From the NCBI GenBank assembly GCA_026770705.1, contig JANJGN010000011.1, positions 92,628,001 through 92,692,000 on the forward strand: a stretch of DNA of 64,000 nucleotides, written 5' to 3'. Below, piece by piece: positions 1-12,954 of this stretch (position 1 is the stretch's first letter; each line of letters opens with the position of its first letter). The notes beneath the pieces are model-generated. The model did not search any database and was not told the origin of the DNA. It saw only the letters and a program-made list of their open reading frames with translations. The translations under genes were made by a program, and so were the position numbers. The DNA comes from Isurus oxyrinchus. Its lineage: Eukaryota.

Positions 1-1050
1 AAACACATCTTCCCTTCACCCCCCTTATCGGCATTCCGTAGGGATCGCTCCCTCCAGGCCACCCTGGTCCACTCCTCCATCACCCCCTACTCCTCAACCC
101 CCTCCTATGGCACCACCCCATGCCCACGCAAAAGATGTAACACCTGCCCCTTCACTTCCTCTCTCCTCACCGTCCAAGGGCCCAAATACTCCTTTCAAGT
201 GAAGCAGCATTTCACTTGCATTTCCCCCAACTTAGTCTACTGCATTCGTTGCTCCCAATGTGGTCTCCTCTACATTGGAGAGACCAAACGTAAACTGGGC
301 GACCGCTTTGCAGAACACCTGCGGTCTGTCCGCAAGAATGACCCAAACCTCCCTGTCGCTTGCCATTTTAACACTCCACCCTGCTCTCTTGCCCACATGT
401 CTGTCCTTGGCTTGCTGCATTGTTCCAGTGAAGCCCAACGCAAACTGGAGGAACAACACCTCATCTTCCGACTAGGCACCTTACAGCCTTCTGGTCTGAA
501 TATTGAATTCAACAACTTTAGGTCGTGAGCTCCCTCCCCCATCCCCACCCCCTTTCTGTTTCCCCCTTTTTTTTTTCCCCAATAAATTATATAGATTTTT
601 CTTTTCCCACCTATTTCCATTATTTTTAAATATTTTAAAATCTTTTATGCTCCCCCCACCCCCACTAGAGCTGTACCTTGAGTGCCCTACCATCCATTCT
701 TAATTAGCACATTCGTTTAGATAATATCACCAACTTTAACTTTAACACCTATGTGTTCTATTGTACCATTGTCGCTGACATCTTTTGATGATCTGCTTCT
801 ATCACTGCTTGTTTGTCCACACAACCACCTCTCTCTCTCTCTCTATCTCTCCGCCCCCCACACACACACCTTAAACCAGCTTATATTTCAACTCTTTCTT
901 GGACTCGAAATCAAGTTCTGTCGAAGGGTCATGAGGACTCGAAACGTCAACTCTTTTCTTCTCCGCCGATGCTGCCAGACCTGCTGAGTTTTTCCAGGTA
1001 ATTCTGTTTTTGTTTTGGATTTCCAGCATCCACAGTTTTCTTTGTTTTTA
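1..1050 (+). mobile_element. Penelope-like retroelement (Neptune-like), 3' part: Cys-rich linker, GIY-YIG endonuclease and 3' tail
   Basis: Frame is open from 1 to 528: ...CPRKRCNTC...NLVYCIRCSQCGLLYIGETKRKLGDRFAEHL...HFN...EEQHLIFRLGTLQPSGLN, a PLE GIY-YIG domain. The tail is shared with copies at 17662, 36023 and 56604. The 5' part lies outside the window. Confidence 0.93.
914..952 (+). ncRNA. Minimal type I hammerhead-ribozyme-like motif with variant core
   Basis: AGTT-CTGTCGA-A-GGGTC(atgag)GACTC-GAAA-C-GTC-AACT: stem I AGTT/AACT, stem II, GAAAC, GUC cleavage triplet. The core is CUGUCGA rather than CUGANGA. Confidence 0.65.
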
Positions 1051-2771
1051 CCCCTAGAGTCATCTGGGTGGATGGCCCCGGAGTGTGCACCTCCTGATCC
1101 TCCTCCCTATAGATGTCTGAGGACCGCCGCCTAACTCCTTGAGGAGATGGAGAAGCTGAAGTGAGATTGAGTTGCCCCGCACCCCTCTCGCGTTGACACT
1201 GTTGGAAACCAATTATGGCATCAGTGATGGAGTTCAGCCCACGCAGCAGTGCAGGACTGATGTCCTTTACCAAAGTCTCTGTGGCAACTGCCATCCTGCC
1301 AATGTTGACCTCAGTGCGTTGGCATTCTGGTGCTATCACCTCAGCCTGAAGGTGGACAGACTCCGCCATCTGCCTTGTAATCTGAGGAGATCAGCAGACA
1401 TCCCTTCCTGATGTTCCTGAGCTTGCCTTTGCAGCTCCAGCAAATGAGGTATGACTGAGTCCAGAGGCTCCTTATCTGACTTGGACTCAGCAGATTTCTG
1501 GCTTGCAGCAGTCCTCTGAATGCTGGAAAACTGGGAAGTCCCTGATGCCGCTTGTTGTGGATCAGACAGTGTAATGTGCTCACCAGATTGTGACCCCAAG
1601 GCTACTCTAGAACTAGGTCCCACCGAGATGTGTGGCTCTGCGCCGGTGGACCGTGTGGGTGAGCACTGTGATGGGTCTTCAATTAGGGTGTCATCAGATT
1701 CTTCTTCTGAGGTGTCCTTGCGGCTTGAGTTGAGGACCTGGTTCATGTACCCACTTGGCTTCTTCCCAGATGTGCCTGCGAAAGCCATGAGAGAAAATTA
1801 GTGTGTGGCAGGGGACTGCGGAACAGGGGAACTGGCTCACAGCATGGTTGTCTGATGGATGTTGCACTGCTGGATCCTCACTTAGTTGAGTGCCACTGAC
1901 CTCACCATCAGCACAGGAATGGTCCAGATTGTCATAGGCCAGCTGGATGGCTCTATTTTCAAAGTCTGTGAGGACCTTGAAGTCGGGCATTCCTCCACTG
2001 GTCTGTGATCTCTCCCTCTTGTTGTGTGCCAACTTGTCCTGTATGCATACAGATGGAGAGAATGTAAGCAGGATGCCTGCCAGACCAGGTGATAAGGATA
2101 CCTGGCATGTGTGGGTGGTGAGTGGTGCCATGGATTGGATGAGGACACAGTCTGCAGGGCAGATGAAGGTGTGTGTGAGAGAGTGAATGGTGCTGTCCCT
2201 TGAACTGGCAGTGAATGAGATCCCTGTGGATGTGTGATAGGTTTGTGAATGTGTGAGTTGACAGTGATGAGAAGAGTGACTTACCCTGGCTGAATGGAGA
2301 TCATTCATCCCCTGTCCTCTTTTGCAGGGCGTTGGCACTGATCACCGTTGGTGACCTTGTTTGCTGGTCTTTGCCCAAAGCAGGGGTAGAAGATGTAGCA
2401 GCAGGCCTCAATGGCATCCGGTAGGTGCCCGAGGGAGGTATTACTAAATTTGGGGGCAGCATGTTTCCTCCCTTTGGCAGCCATGACTTTCCAGCAGCTT
2501 CCGATACCTTAGAGAGAGCTATCTCCGTGCGGGTGCATCCTTTAAATTTGGTGCCAGAATTACTGAAGGCCTGAGGTGAAGGCAGGGCAGGCAAATCAGA
2601 GCTTGCCCCGCCAGTGAACCGATATGTTTCCCGGGAATGCATTATTAATGAGGCAGGATGCGCCGATAATGGGATGATACAGCGCAAAAAGCCGCCATTG
2701 CGGCCAATGGGTAAAATGTCCCTTTTCCTGCCAGCTACCACACTTTGTGCAAATCTGGGCTGATTTGACCC
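1051..2771 (-). mobile_element. Harbinger DNA transposon fragment carrying a decayed three-exon Myb/SANT-like gene
   Basis: Exon 2 reads QDKLAHNKRERSQTSGGMPDFKVLTDFENRAIQL, collinear with 42936-46147. The terminus at 2771 (rc GGGTCAAATCAGCCCAGATTTGCAC) matches those at 5940 and 46411. The left side is cut by the PLE. Confidence 0.85.
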
Positions 2772-2819
2772 TCAGGGTCTATGGTGAATCATACAAATTC
2801 ATTGGCTCTTGTGACATTG

Positions 2820-3148
2820 CTTTTTTGTGACTTTGTAGCTGTTTATTACAACTGAGTGTCTTGCTAGGCCATTTCAGAGGGCAGTTAAGAGTCAACCACA
2901 TTGCTTTGGGCCTGGAGTCACATATTGGCCAGACCAGATAAGGATGACAGATTTCCTTCCCTAAAGGATGTTAATGGACCAAAAAGGTTTTTACAACAAT
3001 GGTTTCATTGTCATCATCAGACTTTTAATTCCAGATTTTTTATTGAATTAAATTCCACCATCTGCTGTGGTGGGATTTGAACTCAGGTCCCCTGGGTATT
3101 ACCCTAGGCCTCTGGGTTACTCACCCAGCAACAATACCATCACACCAT
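2820..3148 (-). mobile_element. tRNA-derived SINE or SINE-like retroelement head
   Basis: Minus strand has A-box-like TGGTGTGATGG (3137-3147) and B-box GAGTTCAAATCC (3073-3084), followed by a non-coding body. Confidence 0.7.
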
Positions 3149-3154
3149 CTCCTA

Positions 3155-4828
3155 CCCCCAGGGTCACCTGTGGGGCCCTGAAAGGAGCCACTGACGTAAA
3201 AATTGAACGCCAGAGTCCTTTTCATGGCCACATGGCACCAAATCCTGTAGCAACTGGCAGATGTGACCGACCAGTTCCCTAGACATGCGCAGTCTTCGGC
3301 AACATTACAGTGCAGTGCCAGGGAAAGGGCTGCACAATGGTTGAGGCGAGTTGCAGGGCCAGGGGGTGGGGGAAGAGCTGCACTGTAGTTGAGGCAAATT
3401 GGGGAGGGCAAGTGCTGCACTGCGGCTGAGTGTGGTACACAAACGCCTGCGGTGGGGGTTCTCAGTCATCTGCAGAGTAGCAAGCACTGTCTATAGACCC
3501 TGGGTCTAGCTTGGCACTGACCAGCAATTGCGTGCTGTGGCTCTTCAGTGGCGTGTGTGGGAATCCCAGCCATCCCTTCTTCCTGAGGGTGCTGCTCCTC
3601 CCTCTGCACAGCCAGGCACCTCCGTCATTCTCTTCTCCTTCGTCTCCACTCTCTGTAAGCCATGAGGCATACAACTAGGTCACCAGGCTCCATTCTGCTG
3701 ATGTACTCCTCCTGCAGGATGAAAGAAAGAGATGCATGGATTAGCATGTGTGTACTGAGAACCTCTATTGATTAAGCCTGAAGGCCCCTTAATGCATCCC
3801 AGAGAGTGCTGGCCATCACTTGGATGGTCAGAGTTCAATGCGCTGCATGGCTGCCCAAAACCCCACCCACCTCCACCCAACTCCACTTGACCAATTGGCT
3901 GCAGCTTTGCCCATTGGACTGCATGCTGTGCTCTTAGCTCAGGAGCAGGCATTCTCCTAACCCGCTCTGCAAGGCTGCACTGTTAGCTTGAACGATGAGA
4001 GAGACTGGTCCAAACAATTGCAAGGGACCGTGACTGCTCCACCAGTGACTGCTCCATGGCCAGCTTTCGCAAGGAAATTGTACATTGTGCCCAGTTATCC
4101 TATTGTTCTGAAGTCCAATAAAACGCTCATTAATTTGCAGTCTGTGCCCAAGGGGTGAAAAGCTGTGGAGCAATTGGCGGCACTTTCGTGACTCTGCGTT
4201 GCTTGAGTGGGCAGATAAGCTACAGGCCTGGCTCCAAGCATGCCAATGAGGCTGTGCTTGAACTGTCTCAGCTGCAGAGGAATGGTCACTTTATACAAGG
4301 TTTCCCTAATGTGTGGCTTTGTTTCACCACCCCCGCCCCCTGCAGGTGTTTGTTTACTACCCTCAACTGCAGTGCAGCCCTTGCCCCCACCAACTTGCCT
4401 CAACCACAATACAGCCCTTTCCCCCCTACCCCCCACCCTGCCCAACTCACCTCAACCACAGTGTAGCCCTTGCTCTGGCACCGCACTGTCATCTAGCTGG
4501 GAAAATGCAACTTGCCTGTGCCGCAGCCTGAATACGCGGTGCCTCAACACTGAGGTCCAACAGGTGACCCTTGAGAGTGCTGTGCAATATTACTGATGAA
4601 GCGTGGGGGGATGATTCCAGCGAGCTGGGCTTATAATGATATGCGGATGTATTGCAATGAAATTCCCAACGTGCGGCAGCAGGAAACGCAGCCCGCCTTT
4701 GGCGTGCAGAACAGACGATTGCAAACTTGTTTCACAATATCGTAAAACCGAGTTTTGACCTTCCTGCCATATTGTCCACTCATGTCTGCCAAGACACCCG
4801 ACACCAGCGGGCACAGAAAATTCCGCCC
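3155..4828 (-). mobile_element. Harbinger fragment: transposase-side terminus and transposase N-terminus
   Basis: Terminus rc GGGCGGAATTTTCTGTGCCCG matches 39767 and 7177. Reads CCRRLRMSRELVGHICQLLQDLVP...AFNFYVSGSFQG and is collinear with 39767-41400. Confidence 0.85.
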
Positions 4829-5413
4829 TCTGTTCCTGTCCTATTCACCTCACTGGATAAGTTTTCAGTGACCACGTTACCGTGGGACACAGCCAGTACC
4901 TGGTTTGCTCAACATCAGGAATCCAGACAGGCTTAATTCTTTGGACTTTTCATCATACAGGCATAGTGCCAGCACTTGCTAAGTATTTTTTCAGTTTTTG
5001 TGAGTATTCAACAATGGTTCACATTCAACAGTCTCATCCCTCAGCTGCTCACTGATGCTGTTCAATTGTGCAATTACATTTAGAAACCTTTTAGAAAATG
5101 CCAAGAATCTGTATCATGACACTTGGCTTTACTCGGAATGGAGGCTTTTAGATTCTCTGTTTTCACTCCATAAATGGAAGTCTTTTCATCTGCAAAAATG
5201 TTTTGATGCAGAGCATTTAGGGAAAAATGTGAATGCATTCTGCACCCCTTTTCTCCTCTGTTTGATACACACACATCCAAAAACAAATTCATCAAATGAA
5301 ACTGGAGAATAGCACTGATTGCATCAATGTCACTACCAATGACATGTCTTTAATGAAATTAAATGAGGTAAAATTGTGCAAAAATTTGCTATGTGTCATC
5401 TTGACTAATGCTT

Positions 5414-5470
5414 GGGTCTGATTTTAACTCTGTGCAAGTGGGTGGGTTTTAATGGGTTAAAATCAAGCCC
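5414..5470. mobile_element. 57-bp micro-MITE with Harbinger-type TIRs
   Basis: GGGTCTGATTTTAAC...GTTAAAATCAAGCCC, a 13/15 inverted match resembling the GGGCTGGATTTT termini elsewhere in the window. Confidence 0.55.
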
Positions 5471-5939
5471 GTGGTACAAAACACGTATGTTCGGCTGCTT
5501 GGCTTAAAATCAAAGAATGAATTCCAGGTGGTGATGTAATCTAAGATCATAAAAGGTCGATAAGAAAGGTCACACTGCATGTAGTTTGCACAAAAATGGC
5601 AGTGCTTTCCAGGTTAGTGAAGTGTGACTGGGTTCATTCTTGATATGCATGACTTTGTCATCTGTATGTTGATCCTTTGCAACTTTTATCCAAAGCCACA
5701 TAATCAGCTTCTATATCTCTGCTATTTTGCACCAGCTCTCTCCCTACTTACTCTGAACCATTATACTGTTTATCTAACTTCCAGTCTTTCATGAGCTGCT
5801 AAACACTGGGAAGCCTGCAACCATCATCTTCGTCCCCCCTTCACAAACTCCATATGTTTGCTACTGATCTCATCTCCCTCCCTGACATGCCTCAGGATGA
5901 ACTGGGTTGGGCTTGGCATTCTGTTCAATCGCAAACTAG

Positions 5940-7177
5940 GGGCAGAATCGTCCCAGATTTGCACTAAGTGCGCAAGTGGGCGGGAAGAAGGAAGTTTTAC
6001 ACCTCGGCTGCAATAGCGGCTTTTCACATTGTATCATCTGCTTTCCGCCTTATTAATTATGCAGCCACAGGAAACACGCCGTCTCACTGGCGGGTTGCCT
6101 CTGAATCGCCCGCCATGCCATTACCTCACCGCTTCTTCACTCCACGTGCCATATCTAAACTGCAGCCGCACACACTGCTCCAGTGAAGATATGGCCCTGA
6201 AAGCCAATGAGAGTTCAGTGACCCGTCACTGCAATACCTTTTGGAGGCCTGCAGTGATGACCTCCACCCCTGTTCTGTTCGCAGGAGGTTCAGCAACCTC
6301 ATCATTCCAGCTTGGGAGGCGGTGGCAGTGGTGGTCAGTGCCAATGCTGCACAGAGAGGTTGGCCTTCCAGTGCAGAAAGAGGTTGAATGATCTCATCCG
6401 TGCTGCCAGGGTAAAGCAATCACCTAAGCTCACACACTCACAAGCCCATCACAAATCACTGGCATCTCACTCACTGCCAGCTGAAGGGACACACACCCTC
6501 ACATCTCTACCTGGCCTCATCTCCTCCAGAGACTACCTCTTCAGCCCTCACTATCTTGAGGCCACTTGCATAGATCAACACGTGCCCTCACACACATCCT
6601 GGAATACCCCCCTTCTCCAGTACAACCTTCTCCCTGCAGCCTCTTCCCTTGCCTGAGGCCACTTCTCCCCCTTCCCCAAGCATGTCCTAGCCCTGCAGCC
6701 GTTGAAATGCCACCCCCGCCTTATGGTTGGTCTGGTAGGTAGACCCTTGCCTGTGAGCCCCCCTAAAAGTGATGTGGTGCTGCCTGTGAAGCCTGGTGTT
6801 GGTGACTGCGATTGCTGACCAAAGCAACTAGGCAAACAAACTTCAAAGTCCCAGGTGAAGTGCAGCTCGCCAGATACACATCGCTTATGTACAATTGTGA
6901 AACATATCAGCGTGCAATCATGTCAATGTGCTGGGATGATCCAGCATGGGGGGGGGGTGGATAACTCCAGCAAGCAGGGCTTATAATAATATGCAGATGT
7001 AATAAAATAAAGTTCCCGATGTCCGGCAGCAGGGAACGTGGCCCGCCATTGACGGGTGGAGCAGACAATCGCAAACTGGTTTCACAACGCGTGAAGCCAA
7101 TTTTTGGCCTTCCCGCCATATTGTCCGCTCACGCCCACCCTGATGCCTGACACCAATGGGCACGGAAAATTCCATCC
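5940..7177 (+). mobile_element. Internally deleted non-autonomous Harbinger retaining Myb exon 1
   Basis: Both family termini are present (GGGCAGAATCGTCCCAGATTTGCAC and ...CACGGAAAATTCCATCC), flanked by TAG/TAA. The exon ends WEAVAVVVSANAA..QCRKRLNDLIRAAR|gtaaag. Confidence 0.85.
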
Positions 7178-7229
7178 TAAATTTCCAATTTCATATTTTA
7201 AGCTCATAAGGAATACCTATTTCCTGTGA

Positions 7230-7725
7230 AACATTGCCTGCCTCTGAACTTACCTCAATCCCTCTGCCAATGAAACTCTCATTTACCCCTTTATCATTTT
7301 TGGACTGAATTACTTTACTAGGTTCACATCCTACACCCTCCATAAAATTTGGATTATCCAAAAACTCTGTTACCTGTATCTTACCTCACTCCAAGTCATG
7401 CTCAGCCACCACACTCAAATTTAAAATTCTTATTCTTCTATTTAAACTCCTGCATGGCCTTTCCTCTCCCTATCTCTGAAACCACCTACAATCTACAACC
7501 CATTATCCCCATACTCTCCCATTCTCTGACCCGGGCTTTAGGCATTCCTCTCCCTTCGTTCACCTTGCCATTGGTGACTGCCCGTTCTGCTACCTAGATC
7601 CCATGTTCTGAAATTTCCTCCCTAAACCTTACCACCTTCTCGGTTCCCCCTCCTCCCTGAAGAACCTCCTTAGAATTCAATTCTTTGAATAAAATTTTGA
7701 TCACCTTTTCCTAAAGTTGTTCTAA
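7230..7725 (+). mobile_element. Degraded L2-type LINE 3' fragment
   Basis: Decayed post-RT L2 motifs (LIXPFIIFGLNY..., IQKLCY..., FKFKILILLFKLLHGLSSPYL). Confidence 0.6.
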
Positions 7726-7844
7726 GATGGTCCTTCTTATCTGAGGACTCTAGGCACGGCACTTAGCTACTGTGGCCATACTCTGGTACTTGCTTAACAC
7801 TTGTTGAGTACTAATACATCTAAACAGGTTACAGCATAGACATA

Positions 7845-7970
7845 AGCAGATGCTGGAAATCTGAAATAAAAATAGAAAATGCTGGTAAAATTCAGCAGTT
7901 CTAGCAACATCTGTGGAGGGAGAAACAGAGTTAATGTTTCGAGTCCATATTGTTCTTCTTCAGAGCTAAA
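7845..7970 (-). mobile_element. Isolated PLE 3' tail with hammerhead-like motif (7929-7967)
   Basis: rc AGCT-CTGAAGA-A-GAACAATATGGACTC-GAAA-CATT-AACT followed by CCACAGATG..CTGCTGAATTTT..CAGATTTCCAGCATC, as in the other PLE tails. Confidence 0.8.
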
Positions 7971-8154
7971 AACTCTGATGAGATAAAACTATATCTTTAA
8001 CTATTTTCATTACATTTCTGTAACTCCTTTTTTACAACTACAGCTTCTCCCAAACTCCAACTCCTTCTCTTCCCCCAAAGAAGAAAAAAGTTTTACACTT
8101 CTCCAAAGAAATGCACATGGATGCTTGTGAAAATGTTATGTTATAAAGGTGATA

Positions 8155-10450
8155 TGAACCAGATTTTATGGGGTATTCTTCGCCGGCTAGCAGCCACACT
8201 TTAAGACTTGTTCCAGGTTCGAACAGGTTGGGTATGTTTAATCACCTCGGTGTGAATGCATCTAATGCTCACCCTGCATGAACCTTTCCCTGTTTCCACC
8301 GCAGCTGAACATTGCTGGAATTAACTTGCTTGTGATCGGTGAATGCTCCTGGTAAATCACGTGATGCTCTGATTGCTTTGTGTGTGTAATCAATGGAACA
8401 GTGTACTTGTGGGAAGTCAGTCAGCGAATGCAAACCCAATTGCCTAATTACTTTGACTGTCATAGAATCATAGAATAGTTGGGGCACAGAAGGGGAACAT
8501 GCAGCCCGCCATGTCCTTGACAGCTCTCTGCAAAAGCAACTCAGCTGGTCCCACTCACAAACCCTTGCCCTGAAGCCTTAAATTTCTTTCCTCTTCAGTT
8601 GCTGATCTAATTCCTTCTTGAAAGCCAGGATTGTATCTGCTTCCACCAAGGTAGCGCATTCCAGATCTAACCACATGCTGTGTAAAAAGGTTTTTCCTCA
8701 TGTTGCCAATGGTTTTTTTGCTAATCACTTTAAGTCAGTGTCCTCTGGCTCTTACACCAATGAAAACAATCAGGCACCTCATCATTTTGAATACTTCTAT
8801 CAAATCTCCTCCCAATCTTCTTCAATCTATCTATATGGTTGAAGTCCCTCATCCCTGAAACCATTCTCATACATCTTTCCTGCATTGTTCCTAAAGTCAT
8901 CACATCCTTCCTAAAGTGAGGTGCCCAGAATTGGACAAAATTCCAATTGAATGTTGAAGCCAAAAGAGTTTTTATAAAGGTTCACTATAATTTCCTTGCT
9001 TTTGTACTCTGCACCTTTATTTATAAAGCCCAGGATCACAAATATCTTTTTAACCACTTTTTCAACTTGCTGCACCATCTTCAATGATTTGTGGACATAT
9101 GCCCCAGGTCCCACCTTCTGCAATCGGTGGGCACTGGAGGGGCTGAACTGCATCATCAGTCCCCAAAATGGGATTTTATTTTAAATTTGATAAGTTACCT
9201 TTAAAGATTTGTTTTTTGTTATATGCCCTCTGCTCCTACACCTGCTTTAGAAATTTTCCCATTATTTTATGTTTCCTCTCCTCACTCTTGCTATCACTTT
9301 TTTACATTAAATTTCATCTGCCACATGTCCATCTATTCCACCATGCTTTGTCGCCTTGAAGTTTATCTCCACCCTCCTCATAGTTCACAATACTTTCAAA
9401 GTTTTGTGTCATCTGCAAATTTTGAAATTGTGCCCTGTAAACCCGAGTCTCAGTCATTAGTATAGATCACAAAAAGCAGTGGTCTTAGCAACTAGCCCTA
9501 GGGAACCCCACTTTATACCTTCCTCCAGTCCAAAAGAACTGTTCCCCTCTATGCTCTGTTTCCTTTCACTCAGTTAACTCTCCATCTATCACAGCACAAG
9601 TTTACAACCTCCCAGTGCTGCAACAATCCATCTGTTACCTGCTTTATGCATTTATGTACAGCAGAGGATGACTTTGATACTTTAGTAGCAGCAGTCGTGC
9701 CTTGAAAGGGACCAAAGGCAAAACAGTTGAGGGTTGTTACGACTTTCACAGTAGCTGGCAGTGCGTGGTAACCAGGTCCAGCAGGGAGTTGGTCTTCCTC
9801 TAGAAAGCTGCAGATGTCTGCAAACAGCTGATGTGACAACCTCAGTCTATGAAAGCACAGCTCTTCCAAGAGGTCAAGGTAAACCTTATTAGGCATGTAG
9901 GGCAAAGTCAACCTCTCTGTTCCCCTTTCTAATATCCACCTCATTCACTCTCCATAGCCCTTGCTGCTGCTGCCAATTGTCTTCCTCATTCATAGTACCA
10001 CCACTCCTAAAGTTATCTGTTGAAGACTCCAAATTGTACTAATATGTCTCTCAGAACAAGTACACTGACCAAACCATCTTCCAAAGTGAACTGCGAAAAT
10101 ACCTGTGAGTACTGATCCTTTATTCAGATTGGGACTCCTGACTTTTAACCATGCCCATTAAATCATAAGAAAAAGGAACAGGGAGTTAGCCATTTGTTCA
10201 GTTCTGCATCCTTTTTATTGTCAAACCCCGAAAACTGTGCATGAGGCGTTTAGTTCAAATTGTGGTAGTAATCTCACTAAATAACCTAAATGTAAAGATT
10301 AGAGTCACTAACCTGCCTTTCTAAAGTGAGGGCTACTTGGACACCCCCAAACTCACTAGTTAAACAGGAAGCAGCAGCTCACCCACAACCTTCTCTCAAC
10401 TGTCTTGGGGATGGAGGTGGTATGCGGGGTGGGGGTTAGAATTTCCCCAA
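8155..10450 (-). mobile_element. Degraded Harbinger transposase remnant split by a CR1 insertion
   Basis: 9570-9944 reads LEELCFHRLRLSHQLFADIC...KVVTTLNCFAFGPFQG...AVHKCIKQVTDGL and continues at 8270-8460 as DFPQVHCSIDYTHKAIRA...NVQL. Outer boundaries are approximate. Confidence 0.75.
8462..9586 (-). mobile_element. 5'-truncated CR1 LINE
   Basis: ATAGAATCATAGAAT tail at 8462, VQFWAPHFRKDV and the ILGFINKGAEYKSKE RT C-terminus. An unrelated filler lies at about 9113-9228. Confidence 0.9.
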
Positions 10451-10930
10451 GTGGTTACTCAGCCCGCCAGAGGAGAAATGAAAGAAGTGTATGTGCAATG
10501 GGCACAAGATTCTAGTCCAGGACACAAGGGGGTATTATTGTTGCATCCACCCATCCTCCCTCTCACAAGTTGCACAATTGTTCAAGTAGACCAAGGGCAA
10601 CGTGTATCAACTTCCATAAAAGTAAGATGCTCAGACCATTAATGGGAGTGCTGATGCCACTGAACCCAAGAAGGTAACTGCAACAGTCCAGAATTGTAAC
10701 TACACTGTAAATACATACATAATCAATCCATACTTTGGTACTCAGTACTTGATAAGGTTTCTCTCTGTAGTCTTCCACTGGGGAATTTTCACAGAAAGTG
10801 CACAATAAGTGCAGTCAATGGTCACATTAACTTAAATATATTTGGCAGGTGAAAACGTGCCAAATGAATCCTTAGAGGGCATGGAGATTAAGGTTTGTGG
10901 GAGAGATTGCCTCTGCAATTGCAGTTAATT

Positions 10931-11242
10931 GGCAGGATTTTCCTGGCTCCGTATTGGAGAACAGATGTGTTTTGCCAGTGGTGGAGTGGTCCCCTCACCA
11001 TGCAGGAGGATGCCAGCTTCATGAAGGCAGGAGCACCCCAGAATGCCATCAGAGCTGGAGGCTTCATGGTTCAAAGAGGGGGTTGCGGGCAGGGAAGGCC
11101 ATCACCACAGCCCCAGTGGGCTGTTGAGAGCGGCCTACCTGTTTGGCAGCTCTGATCTTAATTTAAAACTTACATTCCCAAATACTCAGGACCGCCATTT
11201 TGTCCCAAAATCTGGGTCTGAAGCCCATGGTAAAATTCTGTC
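10931..11242. mobile_element. Harbinger-type MITE
   Basis: GGCAGGATTTT...AAAATTCTGTC imperfect TIRs around a GC-rich non-coding core. Confidence 0.5.
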
Positions 11243-12954
11243 TGTTTCAGTCGGCAATTTACCTTATAAAGGTTTAGTAGCATTTGTTAGGATTCTGTCT
11301 GCCTTTGGAAACTTGGAAGAAGATACAGGAATTTCAAGAGGAGTGATGTACAATCTCTTTTCAATTATTTATCACATTAATTTAGCACATGGTACAGTCA
11401 AAGTGCAGTGACAATGTAAATATCCTCTGCATTTCCCAAAATGTCACTGGATTTCCACAATAATCCATTAATTTGTACAACTAATCCTTAATTTGCACAG
11501 CTACTTAACATCTCCTGAACTGCCCTCAGATTCCCACAATTATAACGGTAGCCCCTATATTTTCAGAAAGTGATGTTGTATCACCATAATTTAGGAGAAG
11601 TGGATGACTTGCTGACTGTGCACCAGAATCAAAGGTTTCAACCGGAAAGTCAGAAGCTACTGCAAAGGAAGTTCAAAAGACAAAACATCGGCATTAACAA
11701 TGCTCATGTGGGCGAAGCTAAGGAACTTACAGAACTCGCTGCTGCAAAAACACTGAAATAGTACAGAAAGGAAATCCTTTACCTAGTGAAATGAAACTGC
11801 TTCAATATAGTGCAGTGAAGGAGAGACTGATACAACGCCTTAATTCTCCAAAATAATTTACTGCCACTATGCTAGAAGCAGCAAATGGTCCTACTATTTC
11901 ATTGTGTTCAAAATGTCTTTCTCGCAATAATACTTACCAATCTTAATCCTTCTAACAGAAAAATGACATGTGATCCAGTGTAAAAAGAAACATGACACTT
12001 GTGCTGATGGCATTGGATTTGGTCTGGTGTTGCCATGGCAGGTAATGTGTCTTACGTGTCTCTGGCACGCGTTGGCATCTCCAGAAAACAATGTTATCTT
12101 GGGTGGGAATTGAAAATCAGTGTTCGACTTAATCTTATAATAATTTTCTAAATATATCGCTTGTATGTATGTACTTTAGAGTTGTTGTGCTAATGGTCCT
12201 TCGAATTAATTTTGTTGCGCACTTTTCTCCTTATGTGTCCCACATTTTTTCTATTTTTCCATAGACTTTTGTGCTCGAGAAAAGAAAGCCGAGAAGGCAT
12301 TCGGAAAAAAAAATGCTCCAAATTTATGACTACCGTTGGATTGTAAAGTCGGAAAAAAGGTTTATAAATCAAATGCAGAAGTTCGCAAAACAAAATGATT
12401 TTCCAGACATTCCAGGGGTCGAAAATTCCTCAGGTCTGAGGTGCAGGACCTGTTTTTTTGAATGCTCGCCAAGGGATCGCCTTTGTGCTGAAGTTCCTAT
12501 TAGCTACACTGGAGGCCGCTGTGCTACGAGATGAATTACCAGGAGCCGCTCGGCACAAAATCAACAGCAGGAAGCAGTGCTTGAAATAGGTCTCAGCTAA
12601 AAACGTTCAATTCTCTGCACCTTTCAAAGGATTTATTGTTCATCTTAATGTATGCATTTCTTTTTGTGGTGAAAAGAATACCTTGAAAGATAGAAATGTT
12701 ACTTATAACTATGTTGCATGAATATTTCTTAAACTAAATATTTAACATTATCTATCCACGGAATTGTACAGAAAATAGTTTAAAAAATTATAAGATTTTA
12801 ATGTTTTTTTCTAAACTGCACCATCGAGTGCTTTGAAGTTTGTGACGGATTTAAGATTAACTCTTTGAGTACCGTTTTTCATGGCCCTATATATGTAAGC
12901 TGGGGAATTTAGGATTTGTGGGTTTGTATATCCATGTTGCAATTTTATAAATGT

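Noticed and set aside
5055-5370. Possible exon ending AATGAG|gtaaaa
   Set aside because: No acceptor in frame and no recognisable product.
12434-12534. Ly6/three-finger-like exon from GLRCRTCFFEC
   Set aside because: Cysteine spacing and an early stop do not fit the LU domain, and the acceptor is weak.
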